From assembly GCA_963705085.1 (NCBI GenBank), contig CAVPIV010000004.1, positions 794,193-858,192 of the forward strand: DNA of 64,000 bases, in the 5' to 3' direction. This DNA comes from an uncultured Thermoleophilia bacterium. GTDB lineage: Bacteria > Actinomycetota > Thermoleophilia > UBA2241. The notes beneath the pieces were generated by a model. The model worked only from the letters and a program-made list of their open reading frames with translations, was not told the DNA's origin and did not search any database. A program made the translations under genes and the position numbers. Shown here in pieces: positions 43,358 through 52,921 of this stretch (positions are counted from its first letter, which is position 1; each line of letters starts with the position of its first letter).

Positions 43358-44251
43358 TTGGATATCACCTTGATCCTGGTGCCCTACGACCTCGGGCGTG
43401 AGGGAGTCGGCAGCGGACGCGGCCCCCAAGCCTATCTTGACGCCGGCGCCGTGAGGGCGCTACAGGCGCACGGGCACGACGTGGAAGTCGTGACCGCCCG
43501 GCGGGCCGGCCCCTTCACGTCTGAGCTCGACGCCGTGCTCGACGTCGACGCCGCCGTGGCGACGCACGTCGCCGCGGCGGCGCGCGCCCATCGCTTCCCG
43601 CTCGTACTGGCCGGGAACTGCAACGCCGCCCTCGGCGTCCGCGGCGGGCTGCTCGCCGCCGACGATAGTGATCATCTGTCCGGCCTGGCATTGATGTGGC
43701 TGGACGCGCACGGCGACTTCAACACGCCCCAGACCTCGTACACCGGGTACCTCGACGGCATGCCGCTCGCCATGCTCACGCAGCGGGCGTACCCGGACCT
43801 CTGGGCGAGACTCGGCGGCGGGCCGCTGAACGAGCGTCTCGTGGTGCACGTCGGCAGCCGGGACTTGGACCCGGCGGAGACGGCCGAGCTGCGGGCGTCC
43901 GAGGTGATCGTCGTGAGCGGCGCCACCGTTCGCGACCACGGGATCGGCAGCGCCCTCCAGCCGGCGCTCGACACGCTGGCAGAGCGAGCGGCAGGAGTCG
44001 GCGACACGCCGCCGCCGCTGCACCTGCACGTCGACATCGACGTGCTCGACCCGGCGGCCGCGCCCAGCGTCGCCTTCCCGGCACCCGGCGGCCTCTCCCT
44101 GGCGGAGTTGCTGGCCGCCGTGGACATGGCCGGCGCGCGCTTCAGTCTCCGGGCGCTCTCTCTGACGTCGTTCGCGCCGGACGGCGCCGGCGACGGCAGG
44201 ACCAGCGCCGCCGGCCTCGCCGTCATGCTACTGGCGGCGAGCGTCGCCTGA
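43358..44251 (+). CDS. Arginase/agmatinase/formiminoglutamase-family ureohydrolase
   Basis: DAHGDFNTP, SRDLDP, HLHVDIDVLDP metal-binding motifs; TTG start. Confidence 0.75.
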   Translation: MDITLILVPYDLGREGVGSGRGPQAYLDAGAVRALQAHGHDVEVVTARRAGPFTSELDAVLDVDAAVATHVAAAARAHRFPLVLAGNCNAALGVRGGLLAADDSDHLSGLALMWLDAHGDFNTPQTSYTGYLDGMPLAMLTQRAYPDLWARLGGGPLNERLVVHVGSRDLDPAETAELRASEVIVVSGATVRDHGIGSALQPALDTLAERAAGVGDTPPPLHLHVDIDVLDPAAAPSVAFPAPGGLSLAELLAAVDMAGARFSLRALSLTSFAPDGAGDGRTSAAGLAVMLLAASVA

Positions 44252-44321
44252 GAGGCAGCGAGGGCGCGGCCGCGATCATATGGGTCACGCGGGTCAGGGC
44301 GCGCGACCTGCCGGCTCCGGC

Positions 44322-45617
44322 TCAGCGGTACACGTAGAGGCGCTCGCCGACGAAGGCGCGATCGTAGATCCAGTCGGCGACCCACATCGGCTCACGGATG
44401 CACCCGTGGCTGGCTGGGTAGGGCGGCACCGGCACGTACCCGTGAATCGCGAAGTTGCCGTAGAAGCCCATCGTGCGGAAGAGGATGCCCCCGTACCCGG
44501 ACGTGGTGGCCGGGTGCTTCTGCTGGATCCTGAAGCTGCCCTCGGGCGTGTTGCCCGTGGCGCCGGTGGAGACGGCGATGAGAGCGCGCAGCTTGCCGCC
44601 CCGCACCATCATCAGGATCTGGCGGCTCTTGTCGACCTCGAGGTGGTCGGAGGGCCCGGCGTACCGCGGGCGAACGGGCTTCGCCGTGTCGAGCCTGCGC
44701 CAGTCGTCGCCGTCGACGACGTACGTGCGGGGCAGCCGGTATGCCTTCTGGAACGCGACGACGGCGTCGCCGCAGTCGCTCGTCAGGGTCTCGCCGACGG
44801 AGGGGACGCGAATCCTGAGGCGCTGGAGGGCAGCGACCAGCCCACGAACGTGGGGTCCTCTTGATCCCACGGCGAGCCGCTTCGCCGCGGCGCGGACGTC
44901 CTTGTCGACGGTTCGCGCCCCCAGCTCGGCGGTGCCCGGCAAGGCCGACGTCACGGAGAACAGGCCGATGCCGCGCAGCGGCAGCTCGAAGGTGACGACG
45001 CCGCCCCGCACCCGCCCGGCGTACGTGCCGACGAACGCGCCGTGATGCGCCAGCGTGGTCGTGACCACGCCCGCATAGGCGGCCGGCTCGACCTTGAGGA
45101 CGTAGCGCAGCGTCAGGAAAGGAACGGCCGCGCCGGTCGTCACGGTCACGCGCGGCTTGACGACAAGAGACCGGGCGGCGCTGGAGGCGCCGTCGGGCAC
45201 GAGGCGGGCCGCCACGTCGCCGCCGCGCACCGGCGTGAACTCCGCGGCGTAGAGACCGTCGGCGCCGGTCGTCGCCGTGGCGACCTCGATCCCGGCGAGG
45301 GTGATGCTGACCTGCAGACCGGGGGCGGCCGGCGTGACCGCCCCCGAGGCGGTCACCGGGGCGCCGTAGACAACCGACGCCTGCGAGAGAACGCAGGTGA
45401 TCTCGACGACGGGAGACGGCGACGCGTCGGGGACCGCCGGCGCGGCCGGAGCCGCGGGCGGCGCTAAGGCCGGCGACCCCTCCAGCGACGGGTTCGCCGC
45501 CACCAGCGGCGCGCCGCCGGCAACAAGCAGGAGCGCGACAACGATCACCGGCGCCGCCCGCCGCAGCAGCCGGCGTACGGCCTCCGTCGCACCGTGGCAT
45601 CGACCGGCCTTGATCAT
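44322..45617 (-). CDS. L,D-transpeptidase family protein with signal peptide and PG-binding-like domain
   Basis: YkuD catalytic motif ASHGCIR near C-terminus; N-terminal hydrophobic anchor. Confidence 0.8.
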   Translation of the reverse strand: MIKAGRCHGATEAVRRLLRRAAPVIVVALLLVAGGAPLVAANPSLEGSPALAPPAAPAAPAVPDASPSPVVEITCVLSQASVVYGAPVTASGAVTPAAPGLQVSITLAGIEVATATTGADGLYAAEFTPVRGGDVAARLVPDGASSAARSLVVKPRVTVTTGAAVPFLTLRYVLKVEPAAYAGVVTTTLAHHGAFVGTYAGRVRGGVVTFELPLRGIGLFSVTSALPGTAELGARTVDKDVRAAAKRLAVGSRGPHVRGLVAALQRLRIRVPSVGETLTSDCGDAVVAFQKAYRLPRTYVVDGDDWRRLDTAKPVRPRYAGPSDHLEVDKSRQILMMVRGGKLRALIAVSTGATGNTPEGSFRIQQKHPATTSGYGGILFRTMGFYGNFAIHGYVPVPPYPASHGCIREPMWVADWIYDRAFVGERLYVYR

Positions 45618-45738
45618 CCTGGCCTCCTCTCGACCTGCACCCTGTCCCCGGGTTCACCGGGACACTAGCACGAGGCCAGCGCGACGGTCGAGACGTACGG
45701 TACGATGTGCGCACGAGCCACGACCCGGAGGACTTTCC

Positions 45739-46992
45739 ATGCTCGACGTCAAGATGCTGCGCGCGAACCCGGACGCGGTCCGCAGGGCACTCGAACGCCG
45801 CGGCGCGTCGACCGTCCTCCTCGATGACTTCCTCGCGCTCGAAGCACAGCGTCGCAGGCTCCTGACCGAGGTCGAGACGATGCGCGCCGACCGCAAGCGA
45901 GCGAGCGACGAGATCGCGAGCGTCAAGAAGGCCGGTGGCGACGCCGCCCAGGCGATCGCCGGCATGCGCGCCCTCGGCGACACGATCAAGGAGCGGGAGA
46001 CTGAGCTCGGCGATGTCGACGAGCGCTTGCGCGCCATGGTGCTGGAGCTCCCGAACCTGGTCCTCGACGACGTCCCGAACGGCCGCGATCCGGCGGTGCT
46101 GCGCCACGTCGGACAACCGCCGGCGTTCGACTTCGAGCCCCTCGACCACCTCGACCTCGGGGTCGCCCTCGACGTCATCGACATGGAGCGCGCGGCCAAG
46201 GTCAGCGGATCGCGCTTCGCCTACCTCAAGGGCGACCTCGTGCTGCTCCAGTTCGCCCTCACCGGCTACGCTCTGGACATCATCTGCGGCCAGGGCTTCC
46301 GCCCGGTCGTGCCCCCGGTGCTCGTACGCGAGGAGGCCATGTACGGCACGGGCTTCTTCCCCACCGACCGTGCCCAGGTCTACGAGACCCTCGACGGCGA
46401 CTGCCTCGCCGGCACCAGCGAGGTCCCTTTGGCCGCCATGCACATGGAGGAGTACCTCGAGGCGGCCGACCTCCCGCTGCGCTATGCCGGCTACTCGACC
46501 TGCTTCCGCCGCGAGGCGGGCGCTGCGGGCCGCGACACGCGCGGCATCCTGCGCGTCCACCAGTTCGACAAGGTTGAGATGTTCAGCTTCTGCCTGCCCG
46601 AACAGGCCGCCGCCGAGCACCAGCGCATCCTCGCCACAGAAGAGACCATTCTGCGGGGACTCGGCATCCCGTACCGGGTCGTCAACATCGCCGCCGGCGA
46701 CCTCGGTGCTCCGGCGGCCCAGAAGTTCGACTGCGAGGCCTGGCTGCCTGGCCAGCGGCAATACCGCGAGGTGACGAGCTGCTCCAACTGCACCGACTAC
46801 CAGGCCCGGCGGCTCAACTGCCGCTTCCGCACCGACAAGGGCCCACGGTTCGTGCACACGCTCAACGGCACCGGCGTCGCCGTCGGCCGGACGCTGATCG
46901 CCATCATGGAGAACTACCAGATGGCCAACGGCACGATCGCCGTGCCCGACGTGCTGCGCGCGCGCATGGGCAAGGACGTGATCGGCGGCTGA
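45739..46992 (+). CDS. serS: Seryl-tRNA synthetase
   Basis: N-terminal coiled-coil arm, class II motifs (FRREAGAAGRDTRGILRVHQFDKVE, GTGVAVGR); SD GGAGGA. Confidence 0.9.
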   Translation: MLDVKMLRANPDAVRRALERRGASTVLLDDFLALEAQRRRLLTEVETMRADRKRASDEIASVKKAGGDAAQAIAGMRALGDTIKERETELGDVDERLRAMVLELPNLVLDDVPNGRDPAVLRHVGQPPAFDFEPLDHLDLGVALDVIDMERAAKVSGSRFAYLKGDLVLLQFALTGYALDIICGQGFRPVVPPVLVREEAMYGTGFFPTDRAQVYETLDGDCLAGTSEVPLAAMHMEEYLEAADLPLRYAGYSTCFRREAGAAGRDTRGILRVHQFDKVEMFSFCLPEQAAAEHQRILATEETILRGLGIPYRVVNIAAGDLGAPAAQKFDCEAWLPGQRQYREVTSCSNCTDYQARRLNCRFRTDKGPRFVHTLNGTGVAVGRTLIAIMENYQMANGTIAVPDVLRARMGKDVIGG

Positions 46993-47055
46993 GGGCGGCC
47001 TCCGCCGTCCTTCCTTTCGGGGCGGCAGCGGGACCCGCCGCCGGCCGCTCCAGGC

Positions 47056-47466
47056 TCAGTCCACGAGCTCGGCCGGCCCAAACCCGGGACCGCGGCCGTT
47101 CTCCCGCCAGGGGATGAGGTAGGAACGCACCTCAACGCCGGGGCACTCGTTCTCGAGCAGCGTCCTCGCCCGGCGCAGATCGCGCTCCAGCAGCTCCTGC
47201 TGATCGAAGCCGAACCCGCCGAGGACCCGCTCGTAGGCTCCGCACTCCTGGTGCGACACGAGATGGATCGTCCGTAGCCCTTGCGTCTCGAGGTGGACGC
47301 GCACGGCGTCGAGGGCGAAGCGCCGCTCCCCGCCGGAGCGCGTGAAGAGCAGGGGGCCGCCGGGGATGAGAATGCGGTCCGCGTCCGGCACGCCGAGCCA
47401 CGCCTGCAGCGTGCTGAGAGGGCCGGCGATCCGGCCGTCCGAGCAGGCGATGACGAGCGTCTTCAT
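47056..47466 (-). CDS. Small beta-carbonic-anhydrase-like protein
   Basis: CSDGR and HQECG motifs spaced as in beta-CA zinc ligands; only 136 aa. Confidence 0.45.
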   Translation of the reverse strand: MKTLVIACSDGRIAGPLSTLQAWLGVPDADRILIPGGPLLFTRSGGERRFALDAVRVHLETQGLRTIHLVSHQECGAYERVLGGFGFDQQELLERDLRRARTLLENECPGVEVRSYLIPWRENGRGPGFGPAELVD

Positions 47467-47946
47467 CGCGGGGGGCCGTGCGAGAGTTCGTGCACCGCGG
47501 ACCACCTGTCTGCGCTCACCCAACTACCCTTGGCCGTCGCAGAAGGCGAGAGAGCGTCCCCTGGATCCGAGACGGCCCTGAGCACCCTGCGGCGTGAAGC
47601 TGTTGTCGACCGCTTGACAGGAAAGATGAGCCCCAAGCGATACAGGTCGGGTGGCGGAGCGGCAGACGACGGCACCTGTCCTCGGCATCGACGTGGTCGG
47701 CGTCGACGTGCGGGACCCGGACATGATGCCGCCACCACGGCGATCCGGGCGCCGCGCGGTGACGACAGGTACGTCGGCGGCCGCCTTACGGGCATGGCGC
47801 CGGTTTGCCCGAGCAAGCGCGCCCACGCCAGGGTGGAGCTACGGCCACCTTGTGCCGGCGACAGGGCGCTCCGATAATGGGAAGCGCTCAGCCACCGGAT
47901 GCCGTTTCCACCACGGCCGCCCCGGACCACTCCAAGAGGCCCCTCG

Positions 47947-49032
47947 ATGAACACAGCACGACGAGATCCTGTGCGGAGGCTCTGTCAGCGAATCCTGGAC
48001 GGTCACGCCCCGGACGAGATGGAGCTGTGCGGGCTGCTCGAAGCAGGCGGTCGGGACAGGGAGACGATCTGCGAGGCCGCCAGACAGATGCGAGCACGCA
48101 CGTCCGGAGATGTCGTCTTCCTCTATGGGTTCGTCTACTTCTCGACGTACTGTCGCAACCGCTGCGCCTTCTGCCTCTATCGCGCGAGCAACCCGCTCAG
48201 CCCTCGCTATCGCAAGACGCAGGACGAAGTGCTGGAGGCATGTCGTGCTCTGGCGACGTCCGGCGTCGTCCTCCTCGACCTCACGATGGGCGAGGACCCT
48301 GCCATTCACGACGATCCGGAGTACCGCTCTCTCCTGGATCTGGTCGCCGCCGTGGCCGATGAAACGAACCTTCCGCTCATGATCTCGCCGGGTCTCGTGC
48401 CGGGCGCGGTGCTCGGCGCCCTGCGAGAGCGGGGCGCCACGTGGTACGCCCTGTACCAGGAGGCGCACGACGGGGAGCTTTACGCTCGTCTCCGTCCCGG
48501 ACAGCCCTTCCCGGCGCGCGCCGCCGCGCGCAGCGCGGCCCGGCGCGCCGGCCTCCTCGTCGAGGACGGAATCATGACGGGAATCGGCGATACCCCTCGC
48601 GACAGGGCGCGCTCGATCGTGGACATGCGAGCCGCCGACTGGGAGCAGATTCGGGTCATGAGCTTCGTTCCGCAACAGGGGACGCCGCTCGCGACGGTCT
48701 CTTCGCCGTCCGACGACGCCGAGTTGCTCACGATCGCGGCGATGCGCCTGGCCATGCCGGACCGCCTCATCCCGGCGTCCCTCGACGTGGCCGGCATCGA
48801 CGGTCTGGAGCCGCGACTGAACGCCGGGGCCAACGTGGTGACGTCCATCGTACCTCCCCACAGCGGGTTTCTCGGCGTCTCGCAGGCCGATCTCGGCGTC
48901 GACGAGGGGCAGCGCACGGTCGCGAGCGTCGTGTCGCGGCTCGAGGCGCTCGGGCTGCGCGCCGGTTCGGTCGACCAGTACCGTGAGCGCCTGACGGCGC
49001 TGTCGGCCCAGACCGCGGCGGTCGTGGCATGA
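47947..49032 (+). CDS. pylB: Radical-SAM 3-methylornithine synthase PylB homologue
   Basis: FVYFSTYCRNRCAFCLY CxxxCxxC, LDLTMGEDP, LPLMISPGL, RLIPASLDVAGIDGLEPRLNAGANVVTSIVPP. Near-collinear with archaeal PylB. SD AAGAGG. Confidence 0.85.
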   Translation: MNTARRDPVRRLCQRILDGHAPDEMELCGLLEAGGRDRETICEAARQMRARTSGDVVFLYGFVYFSTYCRNRCAFCLYRASNPLSPRYRKTQDEVLEACRALATSGVVLLDLTMGEDPAIHDDPEYRSLLDLVAAVADETNLPLMISPGLVPGAVLGALRERGATWYALYQEAHDGELYARLRPGQPFPARAAARSAARRAGLLVEDGIMTGIGDTPRDRARSIVDMRAADWEQIRVMSFVPQQGTPLATVSSPSDDAELLTIAAMRLAMPDRLIPASLDVAGIDGLEPRLNAGANVVTSIVPPHSGFLGVSQADLGVDEGQRTVASVVSRLEALGLRAGSVDQYRERLTALSAQTAAVVA

Positions 49033-49164
49033 GACACCGTTGTTCGTGACCGCGCGGACGCCGGAGGGCGCCCGAGTGCGAGCCGCAAGCGCGCGTGTCG
49101 CTTCCACGGAGCGCCGCGAGCTTCGGCCGCACGAGATCACCAGCCGGGACCGGCGGCGTCCCAC

Positions 49165-49980
49165 GTGACCCGCCTCACCCCCAGAGACACTCACGATCTC
49201 GTGGCCCGGGTTCACCGCCTCGACCGCACGCTGCTCGACGCCTGCGGCCTCGACTTGCTGGCGCTCGCCGCCCGAGCCGCGGGACGGGCCCCCGCCCATG
49301 TGAACGAGCGCCTCGCCGGCGCGCGCGTCGCAGCCATCCCGATGACTGCCGGCCAAGGTGTGATTCCGGGCTTCAGCCAGGGCGTGGCGGGCGTGCTGCG
49401 TCATCTCACCTGCACGGCCTGGGTCACGGACGCCGTCGACGTGTCGGGCGTCGACGAGGCCGTCAACGCCGGAGCGACCGTCGTCTTCCTCGCCGACGAC
49501 AGTCGTTTCATCGCCCTGAACATCGTCGAAGGACGATGCGTCAACAACGATACTTGCACAGCGGACGGCTACGTCGCAGCGCTGGCGGCGGCCGCAGGGG
49601 ACCTCCGGAACCGCTCGGTCCTCCTGCTTGGGCTGGGGCCGATCGGGCGCGCCGCGGCGCGCCGCCTGCTCGAGCACGGCGCGCGCGTCTGGGTGGCCGA
49701 ACCGGATCCGGAACGACTGCGCGCCGGACTCGACGACTACCCCGCGCTGCGGCCGGCCACGATCCAGGACGGGCTCGGCCGCTGCAAACTCATCCTCGAC
49801 GCCACACCGGCGCGAGGTCTCGTGGGCGCGGCCGACGTGGACCACGACACGATCGCGGCCGTGCCGGGCCTGCCGTCGGGCTTCACCGCAGAGGCCCAGG
49901 CAAAGCTCGGCGCCCGCCACATTCACGACCCGCTGGCCGTCGGCGTGGCTGTCATGGCCGTCCGCTCGCTCGTCCGGTGA
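49165..49980 (+). CDS. pylD: PylD homologue (3-methylornithyl-N6-lysine dehydrogenase)
   Basis: IPMTAGQGVIPGF, VTDAVDVSGVDEAVNAGATVVFLADDSRFIALNIVEGRCVNNDTCT, DATPARGL..VPGLP..EAQAKL..DPLAVG collinear with PylD; GTG start. Confidence 0.8.
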   Translation: MTRLTPRDTHDLVARVHRLDRTLLDACGLDLLALAARAAGRAPAHVNERLAGARVAAIPMTAGQGVIPGFSQGVAGVLRHLTCTAWVTDAVDVSGVDEAVNAGATVVFLADDSRFIALNIVEGRCVNNDTCTADGYVAALAAAAGDLRNRSVLLLGLGPIGRAAARRLLEHGARVWVAEPDPERLRAGLDDYPALRPATIQDGLGRCKLILDATPARGLVGAADVDHDTIAAVPGLPSGFTAEAQAKLGARHIHDPLAVGVAVMAVRSLVR

Positions 49981-50097
49981 TCACCGCGCGGTGATGGTCG
50001 CGCCGATCGCTCAGGGAACCTCACGATGCACGCCCGGGCACGGCGCTCGTCACGCCATCTAGGCCGCGCCGGCGCCCGTTGCTACACTGCAGCCAGA

Positions 50098-50187
50098 GGA
50101 GGGGTGGCAGAGTGGCTCATTGCACCGGTCTTGAAAACCGGCAACGGCGAGAGCCGTTCGTGGGTTCGAATCCCACCCCCTCCGCCA
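50098..50187 (+). tRNA. tRNA-Ser (anticodon UGA), type II
   Basis: GGAGGGG acceptor, anticodon loop CUUGAAA, long variable arm, GGUUCGAAUCC, CCA encoded. Confidence 0.9.
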
Positions 50188-50396
50188 GCCGTCTTCACCC
50201 GCGGAGCAGCCGGATCCAGCCGTGAGCGGCGAGCGGCGGCTGACGCTCCGCGAATGGTCCCTGCCCCACCTTCTTTGCTGGTATCCTACGGTTCCGGTAG
50301 AGTAGGTAAGCACTACTCTCGTGCGCAAAAACCACCGAACCCTCGGCGACGATACGGGCATTCTCGGATTCGCCGGGAGGACACAGGGAGTCGTCG

Positions 50397-50717
50397 ATGG
50401 AAGAACTGACCCTCGCCGTCCCGGGCATGTGGGCGGACCACCACGTGATCACCGTGCGCGAACTCCTGCGCGACGCGGGCATCTCGTCGATCGTCGCAAG
50501 CGCCCGCGACGCGTCCGTCCGCCTCACGTACGATCCGTCTCTGACGAGCCCGGCGCAGATCGCGGCCCTCCTCAAGGACGGCGGCTACCCCGCTGGAGAA
50601 GCCGAGAAGCCGGCGGCGTCGCCCACGAACAAGCCCGCCTGGGCGACGGCCGGTGTGCGCGTCACCGCCACCAACTCGATTGACCTGATCATGTCCGGGG
50701 ACCACCGGAAGTACTGA
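50397..50717 (+). CDS. Cysteine-less HMA-fold protein (GMWADHH replaces GMxCxxC); candidate Ni/metal chaperone for CODH
   Basis: TLAVPGMWADHHVITVRELLRDAGISSIVASARDASVRLTYDP..IAALLKDGGYPA aligns to the HMA ferredoxin-like fold; 120 nt upstream of cooS. Confidence 0.5.
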   Translation: MEELTLAVPGMWADHHVITVRELLRDAGISSIVASARDASVRLTYDPSLTSPAQIAALLKDGGYPAGEAEKPAASPTNKPAWATAGVRVTATNSIDLIMSGDHRKY

Positions 50718-50839
50718 TGCCACCCCAGACTGCCCAGCGCACACCCCGATCACACTGCCGCTGCCACCCAAGGAGCGGAGACCGACACTGCCGCGCCATC
50801 CTCCGCCTGCACCTGGGCCGCGGCCGAAGGAGCTGACCA

Positions 50840-52921
50840 ATGGACGACGAGAAGAGCGAGGAAGTCAAAGCCGGAGGCGCGAAGAGCATCGACCCGGCTG
50901 CCCTCGAGATGCTGCGCCACGCCGACGAGTGTGGCGTCGACACCGTGTTCCATCGTGCTGATCACATGAAGCCCTGCCCCATCGGCCAGGACGGCGCCTG
51001 CTGCCGCATCTGTTCGATGGGGCCCTGCCGCCTCGTCGGCAAGGACGCCGAGAACAAGGTGGGCCTTTGCGGCGCGGACCTGCCGACCGTGGCGTCCCGC
51101 CACTTCGCCCGGCAGGTCGCCGGCGGCGTCTCGGCCCACTCCGACCACGGCCGCGACATGGCCATGACCCTGCACGCCGTGGCCACCGGCCAGGCGCCGG
51201 GTTACAAGATCAAGGACGAGCAGAAGCTCACGGCCGTGGCTGGCTACATGGGCATCCCTACGGCCGGCCGTGAGGTCAACGACATCGCCCTCGACGTGTC
51301 CCTCAAGGCGCTCGAGCAGTTCGGCCAGCCGTTCGGCGAGATCATCTACACCAAGCGTGCGACGCCGAAGCGCCAGGCGCTCTGGAAGAAGCTCAACCTG
51401 ACGCCGCGAGCGATCGATCGCGAGGTCGCTGAGGTAATGCACCGCACCCACGAGGGCGTCGACCTCGACGCCGAGAACATCCTCAAGAGTTCCCTGCGCT
51501 GTTCGCTCGCGGACGGCTGGGGCGGCGCCATGCTGAGCACCGACATCAGCGACATCCTCTTCGGGACGCCTTCCCCCCTCTCCAGCGAGGTCAACCTCGG
51601 CGTCCTCAAGGCCGATCAGGTCAACGTCGTGGTGCACGGCCACGAGCCCACCCTCTCGGCGATGCTCGTCGAGGCGGCCCGCGACCCGGAGCTCATCGCG
51701 GAGGCCAAAGCCGAGGGCGCCGAGGGCATCAACCTCGCGGGCATCTGCTGCACCAGCAACGAGATCCTGATGCGCTACGGCATCCCGCCGGCGGGCAACT
51801 TCCTCCACCAGGAGCTGGCCGTCCTCACCGGCGCCGTCGAGGCCATGGTCGTCGACGTCCAGTGCATCATGCAGGCCCTTGGCCCGCTCTCGCAGCGCTT
51901 CCACACGCAGCTCATCACGACGTCGCCGAAGGCCAAGATCCCGCACGCCGTGCACGTCGAGTTCGACGAGCACCGCGCCCCCGAGACCGCGGCCGAGATC
52001 ATCCGCATGGCGATCGCCAACTACAAGAACCGCGGCCCGATCCACATCCCCGACTACCACGAGCCGCTGATCGCCGGGTTCAGCCACGAGTACCTCAACT
52101 ACATGCAGGGCGGCTTCCACCGTGGCTCGTTCCGGCCGCTCAACGACGCCATCATCGCCGGCCGCATCCGCGGGCTGGCAGGCGTCGTCGGCTGCAACAA
52201 CGCCCGGGTGACGCAGGACGAGGGCATCGTCACGATGATCAAGGAGTTCATCGCCCGCGACGTCATGGTCGTCGTCACCGGCTGCGCCGCGACGGCCGGC
52301 GCCAAGGCCGGCTTCCTCAGCCCGGAGATCCTCGACGCCGCCGGCCCCGGCCTGCGCGAGGTCATGGAGGCGATCGGCATCCCGCCGGTGCTCCACCTCG
52401 GCTCGTGCGTCGACAACTCCCGCATCCTCACGGTGCTCACCCAGGTGGCCACCGAGGGCGGCCTCGGCGAGGACATCGACGACCTCCCGGCCGTCGGCCT
52501 CTGCCCGGAGTGGATGTGCGAGAAGGCCATCGCCATCGGCACCTACTTCGCCGCCTCCGGCGCGCACGTGATCTTCGGCGTGAGCAGCCCGGTCAAGGCC
52601 TCGAGCGTCGCCACGCGCCTCATGACCGAGGGCTGGGAGGAGCTCGTCGGCGGCGATCTCGAGTTCATCCCCGACTGGGGCGAGATGCTGGCGCGCTCGC
52701 TCGAGCTGATCGACGGCAAGCGCGCTGCTCTCAAGCTCAAGCCCTACGACCCTTCGCAGTACGGCGACAGCGGCGACTCGCCCTACTTCGACGCCATCCG
52801 CGAGTACCTCGCCGAGCGCGTCGAGGTCGAGACCGTGGGTTCGGGCATCTACCCCCTGGCCGAGGGCCACTCGCACGGCCACGACCATGACCACTCGCAC
52901 GACGAGGGAGAGGACAGATGA
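50840..52921 (+). CDS. cooS: Ni-dependent carbon monoxide dehydrogenase catalytic subunit (CooS/AcsA) with His-rich C-terminal tail
   Basis: CPIGQDGACCRICSMGPCRL..LCGA B/D-cluster motifs, C-cluster ligands, tail HSHGHDHDHSHDEGEDR; SD AAGGAG. Confidence 0.9.
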   Translation: MDDEKSEEVKAGGAKSIDPAALEMLRHADECGVDTVFHRADHMKPCPIGQDGACCRICSMGPCRLVGKDAENKVGLCGADLPTVASRHFARQVAGGVSAHSDHGRDMAMTLHAVATGQAPGYKIKDEQKLTAVAGYMGIPTAGREVNDIALDVSLKALEQFGQPFGEIIYTKRATPKRQALWKKLNLTPRAIDREVAEVMHRTHEGVDLDAENILKSSLRCSLADGWGGAMLSTDISDILFGTPSPLSSEVNLGVLKADQVNVVVHGHEPTLSAMLVEAARDPELIAEAKAEGAEGINLAGICCTSNEILMRYGIPPAGNFLHQELAVLTGAVEAMVVDVQCIMQALGPLSQRFHTQLITTSPKAKIPHAVHVEFDEHRAPETAAEIIRMAIANYKNRGPIHIPDYHEPLIAGFSHEYLNYMQGGFHRGSFRPLNDAIIAGRIRGLAGVVGCNNARVTQDEGIVTMIKEFIARDVMVVVTGCAATAGAKAGFLSPEILDAAGPGLREVMEAIGIPPVLHLGSCVDNSRILTVLTQVATEGGLGEDIDDLPAVGLCPEWMCEKAIAIGTYFAASGAHVIFGVSSPVKASSVATRLMTEGWEELVGGDLEFIPDWGEMLARSLELIDGKRAALKLKPYDPSQYGDSGDSPYFDAIREYLAERVEVETVGSGIYPLAEGHSHGHDHDHSHDEGEDR

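Noticed and set aside
47640-47745. tRNA-like long-range helix upstream of pylB as a possible pylT
   Set aside because: No CUA anticodon loop, no T-loop (GTTCRA) motif, and acceptor arms are not fully complementary. Kept only as a possible structured RNA.
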